DNA of 64,000 nucleotides from Vulcanimicrobiota bacterium (lineage in GTDB: Bacteria; Vulcanimicrobiota; Xenobia; Xenobiales; JADMJV01). Both the position numbers and the translations under genes were made by a program. Positions within the stretch are counted from its first letter, which is position 1; the number at the start of each line of letters is the position of its first letter. Below are positions 6,888 through 16,400 of this stretch, in pieces. A model generated the notes under the pieces. The model saw nothing but the letters and a program-made list of their open reading frames with translations, was not told the DNA's origin and searched no databases. The stretch is from the NCBI GenBank assembly GCA_050250895.1, contig JBFWNU010000009.1, forward strand, positions 230,488-294,487, in the 5' to 3' direction.

Positions 6888-9508
6888 CAGGGTTTACCCA
6901 TGGGAGCGTGCCAGAGAATCTCGGACAGAGCGGGGGGGTGGGTGAAGACGGCCAGAAGATGCCCCTGATCGTCTCCCAGAAGGGCCGAAGTGGCTGGGGC
7001 TGCCCCAAATTTCTGACACAGCTGCTCGAATCGGACCTTCTCAAAGCGCGGATTCTTCGGTCCCACCAGTTCGAGCGAAGGCAATGGCGATTCTGCGGCG
7101 GCCCGCAGCAACCACAACTGCAGCGGTTTGTCGGTGTGACCCAAGACCAGAGGTCGTTCTTCGGGGCGGGAAGCGGCCAGGGTTCGCACCTCCAGTCGGC
7201 CGGTTCGCTCGGACAGGTCATAGTGATGGCCGGCTGCAACCTGGTCAAATCGCTGGACTCGCCCCGACGGCCAGCGCACCGTCAAGCGAACGGGGCCATT
7301 GGCCAGCGCGAGCGTCTGAACAAAGCTGTTCTGCCCCCCGAAACCATTGCCGACCGTCACCTGGCTGGTTTGACGCCGTTTGCCCTGCTCGACTGTCAGG
7401 ACGGCCCCGACCGCGTCCCGATTCGACCAGGACCGGCGGTCGCCCGGGGTGGCCCCACCCTGTAAACGCAGGCTCAGCCACGATGCCCCTCGCGTCTGGT
7501 TGCGATAGAGAGCTAGCGAGGGCCGATTGAGGCTCACCACGGCCAGATCGGGCCGACCATCGGCGTCCAGGTCGGAGATAGCGCATCCCCGTCCGTCCGC
7601 CACAGAATTGAGGCCGCTCAAACCAGACACAGACAGAAAACGTCCGTCTTCAGTCTGGGCGAAGGCGTGATTCTCTTCGAGCCCTCGACGCGTCCTGCCC
7701 AGGGGGCCGCGGCTCTTGCCCGGCGCCGTATAGAGCCCGGCCGGAAAGAAGATATCCTGGCGACCGTCACTATTGAGATCGACGAATTGCCCACCAGAGC
7801 CATAGTCGACCTCTTCGAGCCAGGGTCCATCGACTGCCCGGAATCCGTCTGCCGTGTTGCGATACAAGCGATTGCCGCGCAGACATTGGGTCGAATAGGG
7901 GGCGTGGGCGAAGGCTCTGCGATTGAGGGTCGTGTTGGTCACCAGCAGGTCCAGACGGCCGTCGCCGTCATAGTCGGCAACCGACGCGCCACGGGGATTG
8001 AGCAGCTTCTGCTCGACTCCGCCGCCCAGCGGGTTGAAGCCACCGGCCCCGGTGCTGTAGAAAAGCGGGCTGCGCTCCAGAGCCGGCACGACGAGGTCCT
8101 GATGGCCGTCGCCGTCCATATCGGCGCACACGCCCGCCAGAGCATAGAATGGAGTCGGGTTGGAACCGGTCACCTCGAATTTCTGGCCCAGGTTGTGTAG
8201 CAACAAGCACTTGGGCTGGCTAAAGGAGAACACGATCAGGTCTAGCCGGCCGTCACGGTCTGCGTCGGTCGGTATGATGTTGGAAACGTCCCTCAAGGCT
8301 GGTAGCACGCTGCCGGGGCGGAATTTTCCCTGCTCGTTCGCCAGCAACAAGAGAGAGCGGGCTCCACCGAGCACGAGGTCGCGGTCGCCGTCGTTATCGA
8401 GGTCGGCGAAGACGCAAGCCCCGTAGAACTCGGGAAGGTCGAGGCCGGCCTCCTGGTCGCCGCGCCGAAACCCCCCGCCAACATTCTTCAACCAGAAACT
8501 GCCGCCGGTCCGTCGCGAGACGAACAGATCGTCGAGCCCGTCGAGGTCGATGTCGGCAGCCACGATGGTTGGTTTGCGCTTAAGGCCCAGGTACATTGGC
8601 ACATCCACGTCTGAACCGCTGCGGTCGGCTTGCAGAATCAGGGCTTCATAGGGCGATTGCTCTGACCAACCGAGGGTCTCGAGTGAAGGGACCCATTGAC
8701 TGGTGGCCTGCTCGAACCAGGGTTGATCCGTCTCAGCCTGGCGAAGTGCGACCCGAGGAAGGCCCACGAGACGCCAGTTGCCGGCTTGTTCTCGGCGGTA
8801 GCGAAACCAGAGGTTGCCGGCCACCACCCTGAATCGACCATCCTTGGTGCGAAGCTCGAGTGAAACACGCGCCTGACCATCCCACTCGCGCTCGCTTGGG
8901 TCCAGGAAGCGACCATCGACGAAGGTGGCGCGAACGTTGTGGAAACAGGCCACATCGTCCAGCAATCGCCCCAAGATTGCAGCCGGGTCAAACGCGCGCA
9001 CCTCGGTGCCAGGCATGGTCTCGATCACCTGCCAGGAGCAGCCGAGTGCCTGCTCGACCGAGGTGTCGAGGGAAGGGCCGAAGAGTTGAGGCTGAGCCCG
9101 AAGCCCGAGCAACTTCGTTGGCAAGCGCAGCTCCATCAGGGCCCTGGCGGCGGCCTGTAAATCGGGTTCTAGCTCGTCGCAGAGCAGGAGAGCCTCGGCG
9201 GCGGGAATTCGCCAGGTTGCCTCGATGCCTGAGTAGATTAGAGCCCGGCCGTAGAGCGCCCCCGAGAGCGGGAGCAAAAAGGCCACTGTCAGAGCCGTCT
9301 GGCGTTGTCCAGGCAGACGCCATCTCCAGCACAGCAGAAGACCCAAGACCACCAGAAACAGGCGCAGGGCCGCAATCAACCACAACACCTTGCGATTTTC
9401 GACCTCGGGTTCATCCAAGACCCACAGTCCCACCACGGGACCGGATAGCAGGGCCCCGGTGAAGACAAGCACCAGGCCCAACAAGCGATCGCGGGTCCAA
9501 AATTTCAT
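6887..9508 (-). CDS. Membrane-anchored CRTAC1-like FG-GAP repeat / ASPIC-UnbV protein
   Basis: N-terminal TM helices; repeated DxDxDGxxDL motifs (DIDLDGLDDL, DLDNDGDRDL, DADRDGRLDL, DMDGDGHQDL, DYDGDGRLDL, DLNSDGRQDI, DLDADGRPDL); ASPIC-type NRDAVGA...GNGFGGQNS...VRWPSG. Confidence 0.85.
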   Translation of the reverse strand: MKFWTRDRLLGLVLVFTGALLSGPVVGLWVLDEPEVENRKVLWLIAALRLFLVVLGLLLCWRWRLPGQRQTALTVAFLLPLSGALYGRALIYSGIEATWRIPAAEALLLCDELEPDLQAAARALMELRLPTKLLGLRAQPQLFGPSLDTSVEQALGCSWQVIETMPGTEVRAFDPAAILGRLLDDVACFHNVRATFVDGRFLDPSEREWDGQARVSLELRTKDGRFRVVAGNLWFRYRREQAGNWRLVGLPRVALRQAETDQPWFEQATSQWVPSLETLGWSEQSPYEALILQADRSGSDVDVPMYLGLKRKPTIVAADIDLDGLDDLFVSRRTGGSFWLKNVGGGFRRGDQEAGLDLPEFYGACVFADLDNDGDRDLVLGGARSLLLLANEQGKFRPGSVLPALRDVSNIIPTDADRDGRLDLIVFSFSQPKCLLLHNLGQKFEVTGSNPTPFYALAGVCADMDGDGHQDLVVPALERSPLFYSTGAGGFNPLGGGVEQKLLNPRGASVADYDGDGRLDLLVTNTTLNRRAFAHAPYSTQCLRGNRLYRNTADGFRAVDGPWLEEVDYGSGGQFVDLNSDGRQDIFFPAGLYTAPGKSRGPLGRTRRGLEENHAFAQTEDGRFLSVSGLSGLNSVADGRGCAISDLDADGRPDLAVVSLNRPSLALYRNQTRGASWLSLRLQGGATPGDRRSWSNRDAVGAVLTVEQGKRRQTSQVTVGNGFGGQNSFVQTLALANGPVRLTVRWPSGRVQRFDQVAAGHHYDLSERTGRLEVRTLAASRPEERPLVLGHTDKPLQLWLLRAAAESPLPSLELVGPKNPRFEKVRFEQLCQKFGAAPATSALLGDDQGHLLAVFTHPPALSEILWHAPMGKP

Positions 9509-9561
9509 CGCCCCCAATTCTGCCCGGCAGGACTAAACCCTACCGCGGTAAACGCTGGCGC

Positions 9562-10308
9562 GTGAGCCAGGTCTGGGAGGCTATCGAGGAATATCAACAA
9601 GCGCTAGGCTGGAGCACGGTGCTCGATGCCGGCACGGGACACAGCTCCTTAGGGTGGCTGACCAGGCTGGAATGCCAGGTCTGGACGGCGGTGACGGCAA
9701 GCCCCAAGCGATATGCAGACCTTCAGGCCGACCTGGGTGCTTCGATTCGCTTGCAAGACCGCCTCGTTCTAGGCAACTGGCTCGACGAGCAACTGCTCGA
9801 CCGGCAATGCTTCGACGTAGTGGTGGCTCACTATCTCTTGGGCGCGCTCGAGCGTTACAGCCCATATTTCGAGTTCGCACTCCTCAAGCGCCTTCGTCGC
9901 CACGCATCGGGTCGGCTCTACTTTGTGGGGATGGAGCCGTCGCGCAAGTTCGCTAGTCAGGAAGAGCATCTGATGCACCAGCTTTTCTGTTTTCGCGACG
10001 CCTGCTACCTGCACGCCGGCTCTCGGGGTTATCGAGAATACCCGATGAACTGGGTGCAAGAGCGCCTGGGCGAATGCGGATTTCGCACCCTAGAAACGGC
10101 GGTCTTTCCAAACATTTACGGCGAGAATTATCTCGAACAGTTCTTCAACGCTTGTCGCTACCAGTTAGCCGAGATCGGCTGCCCCGAACTCAGAGCAGTG
10201 CTCGAGCAGCGAGCCGACAGCCTGCACGCTTCGACTCTGGAGGCAGTCCAGCGCCACCATCGCTTGCGCGCGGGCTTTGACTATCTCATCGTGGCCGAGG
10301 CAGTGTGA
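9562..10308 (+). CDS. Class I SAM-dependent methyltransferase-like protein
   Basis: VLDAGTGHSS motif I, FDVVVAHYLLGAL, GRLYFVGMEP. First gene of an overlapping three-gene operon. Confidence 0.7.
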   Translation: MSQVWEAIEEYQQALGWSTVLDAGTGHSSLGWLTRLECQVWTAVTASPKRYADLQADLGASIRLQDRLVLGNWLDEQLLDRQCFDVVVAHYLLGALERYSPYFEFALLKRLRRHASGRLYFVGMEPSRKFASQEEHLMHQLFCFRDACYLHAGSRGYREYPMNWVQERLGECGFRTLETAVFPNIYGENYLEQFFNACRYQLAEIGCPELRAVLEQRADSLHASTLEAVQRHHRLRAGFDYLIVAEAV

Positions 10309-11348
10309 GCCGGGCTTTCGCCACCGTCTTGCGAGCCGCCCGGGGTCAGCCAGTCGGACCGCCCGAACTTCTCGAGGGCGAGTGGGGCCGCCTGACCGAG
10401 TTGCTGGTCCACCATGGCTTGCTGGTGCCGGTGGCCCGAGAGTGGCTCGCTGAGGAAGTCACACTGCCGGGGCGCGTGCGCGATTTCTTGCTCCGGGCGC
10501 AGCGGCAGCACGCTCTGCGGGCTAGCCAGCAGCTACAGGTGCTAACCAGTTTGGCGGAGCAGTCACCGATCCCAATATTGGCATACAAAGGCTTGCCCCT
10601 ATCAGCTCTACTCTACGGAGACCCGTTGGAGCGAAGCTCGAGCGACATCGACATCTTGATTCACCCCGCCGACCTGCAACCCGCTGTCAAGTTTCTAGAG
10701 CGACTTGGCTTTCGCCAGCGCCTGCCCCGTCCTCTCGAGGGCGAGCTACTCGCCCTGCTGGCCCGGACGGGAAACGAGCTCAGCCTGGAGTGGGAGGGCG
10801 TCAGCCTCGACCTTCACTGGCGACTGCTGCCCACCTATCTGAGCTGTCTTACCACCGAAGAGCTTTTCGAGCGCAGCCAGGTCTGGCAGTGTGGCTCAAC
10901 CGCGGTCCGAGTGCTATCCCCCCGAGACCGGGTGGCCGCGATCTGCCTGCACGCCACTAAGAGCTGCTGGGAGAAACTGCGCTGGCTGCGCGATCTGGAT
11001 GCCGCCAGAGAGGTGGCTCAGGTGAACAGCCCCAGTGGAAGGGCCGAAGAGCTCGGCTGGAGATTGCTCAATTTGCTCGAGCGCTCTCCCGCGGACCCCT
11101 GGGAGAGTTCGCTGCTCGAGTCCTGGTGTCACCCGCGGGGGCGCGGCCCCGGCCAGCGACGCCTGATGATCGCACACTCGCTCGGTCGCCGATGGAGTGC
11201 TCTCCGATTTCTGACGGGCTTTGCGGTCACTCCGACGGCGCTCGATTACTCGAGCCGACAGCTTCCCCGCGCCCTCTGGGGTCTCTATCCCTTCCTGCGC
11301 CTCTGGTCGCTGGTTGTCAAAGGCTCAGAAACGCAGGAAAAGCTCTGA
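10305..11348 (+). CDS. Nucleotidyltransferase family protein (NTP_transf_5 type)
   Basis: YKGLPLSALLYGDPLERSSSDIDILI, LDLHWRL, CLHATK..WEKLRWLRDL. Confidence 0.85.
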   Translation: MSRAFATVLRAARGQPVGPPELLEGEWGRLTELLVHHGLLVPVAREWLAEEVTLPGRVRDFLLRAQRQHALRASQQLQVLTSLAEQSPIPILAYKGLPLSALLYGDPLERSSSDIDILIHPADLQPAVKFLERLGFRQRLPRPLEGELLALLARTGNELSLEWEGVSLDLHWRLLPTYLSCLTTEELFERSQVWQCGSTAVRVLSPRDRVAAICLHATKSCWEKLRWLRDLDAAREVAQVNSPSGRAEELGWRLLNLLERSPADPWESSLLESWCHPRGRGPGQRRLMIAHSLGRRWSALRFLTGFAVTPTALDYSSRQLPRALWGLYPFLRLWSLVVKGSETQEKL

Positions 11349-11350
11349 AG

Positions 11351-12604
11351 GTGCCGCAAGTGGTCGCCATGACGGAGTGCAACACGCTGACCGCATTCTG
11401 GAGCGACTTTTGCCGCAACCACTGGGAGTCCAGACCCGGACAGTTTCCGGGCTTCTTCTCGAGCCCCATCGCCAGCCCCACAGAACTCTTTCAGGCCTGC
11501 TTGGACAAATCCGGAGCCGGTGCCTCGGATCGCATCTGGGTGGCCAGCCAGGACAGCTATCAAAAGGTTGACTATAGCAAGTTTGGGCCGCGCACCGAGG
11601 ATGTCGATCTGGATGGCTTCTTCGAACGGATAGATCAGAACCTGAAAGGAAGGCCTTTCGGTCTCAATCGCCACGCTCTCCAGCTAGGCTCGGCCGAGCT
11701 GTGGTTTCGCTTTCGCCAGTTCCTGCGCGATTTTCATGAGCTTCTCGGGTTGCCTACCGGACGCTGGGATATCGATACCTTCTGGGGCACCTACGCCGCT
11801 ACTCCGTTCGGTATCCATGTCGACAACGCCAGCGTGTTCGCCATCGGAGTCAAGGGCTATCGCACCTACTACACCTGGCCCCGAGACTACTTCGAGGAGG
11901 ATGACCCAGCCCTGCACAGTCCCGACCCCGGGGTTATCGACCCCCACAAAGCCGAGGCCGTTCGCCTGGAACTGGGCCCCGGTGATATGGTCTATTGGCC
12001 GTCGAGCCATTGGCACGTAGTGACCTCCGACGGCAGCCCGTCGGCGGTGATCCAGCTCAGTTGCTATTTTGACTTCGACCTGGCCCAGGTGGTGGGCAAC
12101 CTGTGCCAACGGCTGGTGAAGACCCAGGCCGATCGATTCTACGGACAGGGTAGCGACCTTCCAACCTGCCTGGCCGAGGCGGGGCGCTGCGTCGAGGAGA
12201 GCCTGGGCGAGCAGTTAGAAACATTTTGGCTCAAGCGGTATACCGCCGACGCATTCTGGCAATACCCGGCCATGGAGCCGGCCGGCGGATTACCATCCTC
12301 ACTTCGCCTGGAAGAACGGGGACGAATAGCCTGGCGCGAGAGTGGCGGGGGCTCGCTGGTTGGCTGCAACGGCCACGTTCTACGCTCAGCCCTCAAGCCC
12401 GCGGACCTCGAGGCCGGGTTGAGGGACATCGCTAGCCTTCCGGCCGGGTTACAGACGATGCTCTATCGCGCCCGCGGGCTGCGACCTGACGATAAGTCGA
12501 GCCGCGCCGACAACTGTGGACTCTTACGCGAAGACGTCGACCTTCGGGAAATGCGTCGTGGGTGGACGCGCAGGGAGGAACGTGACGGGTCGCCCGGTCG
12601 ATAG
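11351..12604 (+). CDS. JmjC/cupin-like Fe(II)/2-oxoglutarate oxygenase
   Basis: FWSDFCRNHWESRP N-terminus; TPFGIHVD (HxD) and LGPGDMVYWPSSHWHV (distal His). Start is GTG 11351 or ATG 11369. Confidence 0.75.
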   Translation: MPQVVAMTECNTLTAFWSDFCRNHWESRPGQFPGFFSSPIASPTELFQACLDKSGAGASDRIWVASQDSYQKVDYSKFGPRTEDVDLDGFFERIDQNLKGRPFGLNRHALQLGSAELWFRFRQFLRDFHELLGLPTGRWDIDTFWGTYAATPFGIHVDNASVFAIGVKGYRTYYTWPRDYFEEDDPALHSPDPGVIDPHKAEAVRLELGPGDMVYWPSSHWHVVTSDGSPSAVIQLSCYFDFDLAQVVGNLCQRLVKTQADRFYGQGSDLPTCLAEAGRCVEESLGEQLETFWLKRYTADAFWQYPAMEPAGGLPSSLRLEERGRIAWRESGGGSLVGCNGHVLRSALKPADLEAGLRDIASLPAGLQTMLYRARGLRPDDKSSRADNCGLLREDVDLREMRRGWTRREERDGSPGR

Positions 12605-12632
12605 TGACATTCGCCAACGCGACCCTATGGAA

Positions 12633-13100
12633 TCACTTCTTGCCGAGCAAGCCACTAAAGGGGATGTGAGTGCCGAACTCGGTCAGGCTGTTGACGAAGC
12701 TCTTGAGGGCGCTCTCCTTGGAGGGGTCGAAGGCTTTGCCGTTGTGGTGCACCTGGACGACCTTGCCCACTAACGCCGACTTGGGCAAGATTTGGGCTTT
12801 GCGCTGGCCGTCGTGGGTGACGGCGAGAAAGCTGTCTTCAGCGGTGATCTTGAGCTTGATGAAGCGGCGCAGCATCAGGTCTTTGCCTGAGCGCACATAG
12901 ATGACATCGCCGGCTTTGAGCTTGGTGAAGACAGTGGGCTGGAGTTCGATCTCCGATCCCGGGGGCACCAGCGTCTTGAGGTCGGAGTGGGTGATGCGGA
13001 GCTTTTTCGACTTGCCCGATTGAAAGGCTTGGGCAGCGATGGATGCAGTGTTGAGATCGCGAGCCACGCTCGCCTGGAAGGTTGAATAGTCGTTCGCCAT
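12633..13100 (-). CDS. S24/S26 peptidase-fold-like hypothetical protein (catalytic motif degenerate)
   Basis: ATG 13100 with RBS GGAG. LRITHSDLKTLVPPGSEI...LKAGDVIYV...LMLRRFI...ALVGKVV resembles the S26 layout but has no SMxP motif. Confidence 0.5.
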   Translation of the reverse strand: MANDYSTFQASVARDLNTASIAAQAFQSGKSKKLRITHSDLKTLVPPGSEIELQPTVFTKLKAGDVIYVRSGKDLMLRRFIKLKITAEDSFLAVTHDGQRKAQILPKSALVGKVVQVHHNGKAFDPSKESALKSFVNSLTEFGTHIPFSGLLGKK

Positions 13101-13305
13101 ATCTTTCTCTCCTGGTGGCCTTACCCATCGCCCCTGGCGGCCGATAATAGGATAGCATGGGACTTTGGGGCTAGTCGACCCGAAATTCCTACTATGCCAG
13201 ACGTATGCCTCCGAACGAACCGCTCGGTTTAAGCCGCAATCGAGCAGGGCAAAGGTATCTGTTGCTAAAAGGTTGCCAGGCCCAAAACTGAGTTCGGAGG
13301 TACAA

Positions 13306-14337
13306 ATGTCCCAAGGCAAACTGGTCACGCTGACCCGCCATATCCTCGAGGAGCAGACGAAATTTCCCGAGTCGCGGGGTGCCTTCACCAGAATCCTGTG
13401 GGATCTGACCCTGGCCTTCAAGATCGTCAGCCGCGAGGTCAACAAAGCCGGACTGGTCGAGATCCTGGGCGAGACCGACGACAACAACGTCCACGGCGAG
13501 ACCGTGATGAAGCTCGATCGCTTTGCCGACGACCGCATCTTCAAGGCTATGGACCACGGCGGCCAGCTGTGTTGTATGGCCTCGGAGGAGTGCGAACATC
13601 TGATCAAGATTCCGGCCCGCTTCGAAAAAGGCGACTATGTGCTGGTGTTCGACCCCCTCGACGGCTCGTCGAACATCGACAAGAACGTCTCGATCGGCAC
13701 CATCTTCTCGATCTTCAAGCGCCTGGGCGGCAGCGGCGACGGTGAACTGGCCGATGCCCTGCAGGCAGGCGTCAAGCAGGTCGGAGCCGGATATGTCATC
13801 TACGGCTCGTCGACGATGTTGGTCTACACCACCGGCCGCGGCGTGCACGGGTTCACCCTCGACCCTTCGGTAGGCGAGTTCTTGCTCAGCCATCCCGACA
13901 TCAAGATTCCCGAGCGAGGCAAGGTCTATAGCATCAACGAGGGCAATTACAACTATTGGGACCAGGGCACGCGCGACTTCGTCGATTATCTCAAGACTCC
14001 CGACGCGACCGATGGTCGTCCTTATTCGTTGCGCTACATTGGTTCGCTGGTGGCCGACTTCCACCGCAATCTTCTGGCCGGCGGAATTTTCCTGTATCCG
14101 ACCGACTACAAGGACCCGGACAACCCCAGGCCGAAGCTGCGCCTCCTCTACGAAGCCGCCCCGCTGGCTTTCATCGTGGAACAGGCCGGAGGCCTGGCCA
14201 CCACGGGTGAGCAGCGAATCATGGAACTCACACCGGGCTCGCTACATGAACGGGTTCCGCTGATTATCGGCAGCAAGTGGGAAGTCGAGAAATACTGCGA
14301 GTTCTTTCAGCGAGCAAAGAGCGCTACCACTGCATAG
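13306..14337 (+). CDS. fbp: Fructose-1,6-bisphosphatase class 1
   Basis: ASEE, FDPLDGSSNID, YSINEGN, RYIGSLVADFHRNL, KLRLLYEAAP; RBS GGAGG. Confidence 0.97.
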   Translation: MSQGKLVTLTRHILEEQTKFPESRGAFTRILWDLTLAFKIVSREVNKAGLVEILGETDDNNVHGETVMKLDRFADDRIFKAMDHGGQLCCMASEECEHLIKIPARFEKGDYVLVFDPLDGSSNIDKNVSIGTIFSIFKRLGGSGDGELADALQAGVKQVGAGYVIYGSSTMLVYTTGRGVHGFTLDPSVGEFLLSHPDIKIPERGKVYSINEGNYNYWDQGTRDFVDYLKTPDATDGRPYSLRYIGSLVADFHRNLLAGGIFLYPTDYKDPDNPRPKLRLLYEAAPLAFIVEQAGGLATTGEQRIMELTPGSLHERVPLIIGSKWEVEKYCEFFQRAKSATTA

Positions 14338-14348
14338 CCGGAGCCTAG

Positions 14349-15698
14349 ATGCCCAAGAGAACCAAGATCTACCTGCTCGACACGAGCGTCCTCCTTCATC
14401 GTCCTGAAGCCATCTTCTCGTTCGGAGAACACGATGTGGTCATTCCCATCGTGGTGCTCGACGAGCTCGACAACTTCAAGAAAGGCTCGATGGAGATCAA
14501 CCGCAATTCGCGCCAGGTCATCGGCCTGTTTGACGACCTGCGCAATCGCGGCCCGGTGAGCCAGGGTATCGAACTCGAGACCGGAGGCACACTCAAGGTC
14601 GATGTGGTCTATATTCGCAAGGCCGGCGAGCAAATGCCGCCCGGCTTCGGCAACAACGTCGACAACCTGATCCTGGCCACGGCCGTCGGTATCAAGAACG
14701 ACAACCCCGGTCGCAAGGTGGTGCTGGTCACTAAAGACATCAACATGCGGGTCAAGGCCGAGGCGCTGGGGCTGGTGGCCGAAGACTATCGGGCCGACCA
14801 GATTGTCGAGATCAACGAGCTCTACACCGGTCATCAAGACCTTACGGTCGAGTCCGGGCTGGTCTCGCGCATCTATGAAGAGCGCGAACTGCCCATCGAT
14901 GCCCTCAATCTCAACGGCCACAAGCTCTACCCCAACCAGTTTGTGATGCTAGCCGCGGCCGAATCGTCGTCGACCGCCCTCACCCAATTCGACGGCGAGA
15001 GCCTGCAGCTGCTGCGCGACCCGCGCCACGACATCTGGGGTATCCGACCGCTCAACCGCGAGCAACGCTATGCCATGGAGATACTGCTCGACGACCAGAT
15101 TCCGCTGGTCACCCTGGCCGGCAAGGCCGGCACGGGCAAGACCATCCTGGCCATCGCCTCGGGCCTGCAGAAGGTCATGAATGACAAGATCTATCGGCGC
15201 CTGGCCATTTATCGCCCGGTCATTCCCATGGGTCGCGATATTGGCTATCTGCCGGGCACCGAGCAAGAGAAGCTCTCGCCCTGGATGCAACCGATTTTCG
15301 ACAACCTCGAGTTCTTGCTCAACGAAGGCGACCGGGGCAACAAAAAGGGCGGCACCAGCAAGCTCGACTATCTCATCGACTCGAACGTGCTCGACATTCG
15401 CGCCCTGACCTATATTCGTGGTCGCAGCTTGCCGCAGCAGTTCATCGTGGTGGACGAAGCCCAGAACCTGACCCCCCACGAGGTGAAGACCATCATCACC
15501 CGAGCCGGCCACGGCACCAAGCTGGTACTCACCGGCGACCCGTACCAGATCGATAGCCCCTATCTCGACGCCACCTCGAACGGGCTGACCCACGTGGTCG
15601 AGAAATTCCGCGGCCAGAAGATGGCCGCCCACGTCACCCTGGTCAAAGGCGAGCGTTCGCCCCTGGCCGAGCTCGCCTCGACCTTGATGGAACGCTAG
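14349..15698 (+). CDS. PhoH2 family protein (PIN domain plus PhoH ATPase, YlaK-like)
   Basis: PIN motifs LLDTSVL and LVTKDINMRVKA; Walker A GKAGTGKT; YIRGRS, VDEAQN, GDPYQID. Confidence 0.93.
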   Translation: MPKRTKIYLLDTSVLLHRPEAIFSFGEHDVVIPIVVLDELDNFKKGSMEINRNSRQVIGLFDDLRNRGPVSQGIELETGGTLKVDVVYIRKAGEQMPPGFGNNVDNLILATAVGIKNDNPGRKVVLVTKDINMRVKAEALGLVAEDYRADQIVEINELYTGHQDLTVESGLVSRIYEERELPIDALNLNGHKLYPNQFVMLAAAESSSTALTQFDGESLQLLRDPRHDIWGIRPLNREQRYAMEILLDDQIPLVTLAGKAGTGKTILAIASGLQKVMNDKIYRRLAIYRPVIPMGRDIGYLPGTEQEKLSPWMQPIFDNLEFLLNEGDRGNKKGGTSKLDYLIDSNVLDIRALTYIRGRSLPQQFIVVDEAQNLTPHEVKTIITRAGHGTKLVLTGDPYQIDSPYLDATSNGLTHVVEKFRGQKMAAHVTLVKGERSPLAELASTLMER

Positions 15699-16160
15699 AT
15701 GCCGGCCCACGAGAAAGCCTTATACGCCTTCGCTGAAGAGGCCGAGACCCAGTATCGCCGCCTGGCCGAGTTCGCTCGCTCGCTGGGGGTCGAATCGGCG
15801 GCCGAGATGTTGGGCGAAAAGGCCGGCTGGATGCGCACCATCCTCGATGACCGCGATTCGGCCGAGCGCCCCTCGGCCGAAGAGCAACTCATCAAAGCCG
15901 AAGCCCTGTCCGAAGCGCGCCCCATTCTGGTCGAGCTGCAACAGCGGCTGCAAGCGGCCCTCGAGAACTGGCCCCCTGATGGACCCGAAGCCTTCCAGCA
16001 ACTGGCTCGCCAGGTAGGCCAGGCGGCCGACCGCATGGCCAGCTTGTCGGCTCAGCGCACCCACGGCACCCAGGCCATCAAGAAAAAGCGCCGCCGCTGG
16101 GGCGCCGAGCCGCCAGCCGCCACCGAGCCGCCCATCTTTCGCCCCCCCACCAAGCGTTGA
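15699..16160 (+). CDS. Hypothetical helical protein
   Basis: ATG directly follows the PhoH2 stop; host-like codon usage; no family recognised. Confidence 0.6.
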   Translation: MPAHEKALYAFAEEAETQYRRLAEFARSLGVESAAEMLGEKAGWMRTILDDRDSAERPSAEEQLIKAEALSEARPILVELQQRLQAALENWPPDGPEAFQQLARQVGQAADRMASLSAQRTHGTQAIKKKRRRWGAEPPAATEPPIFRPPTKR

Positions 16161-16396
16161 TCTTGCCGTATCGCTACGAGGTTATCGAGGGGAAGCTTTA
16201 CGCGACGGCCCCGCCCACCATCATTCACCAGATCCTGTCGAAGCGGCTTCTCTTCCAACTCTACGAACTCGAGTTGGCCGGCGACGGCTATCGTATCGAC
16301 ACGGTTCTGGGCGCCGAGGATCGTCACTGTCCGCCCGACCTGGCCGGGGTGGAGTTCGATATGCGGAAACTGTTTGCGGACCTCCCCGCGGATTGA
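16157..16396 (+). pseudogene. Uma2-family endonuclease remnant with internal deletion
   Basis: The Uma2 N-terminal motif RYEVIEGKLYATAPPTIIHQILSKRLLFQL is joined directly to the C-terminal motif GYRIDTVLGAEDRHCPPDLAGVEFDMRKLF; the central PD-(D/E)XK core is missing. Confidence 0.65.
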
Positions 16397-16400
16397 ACCT

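Noticed and set aside
13101-13607. Long 5' extension of minus ORF 12633-13607
   Set aside because: It overlaps fbp on the antisense strand; ATG 13100 has a proper RBS.
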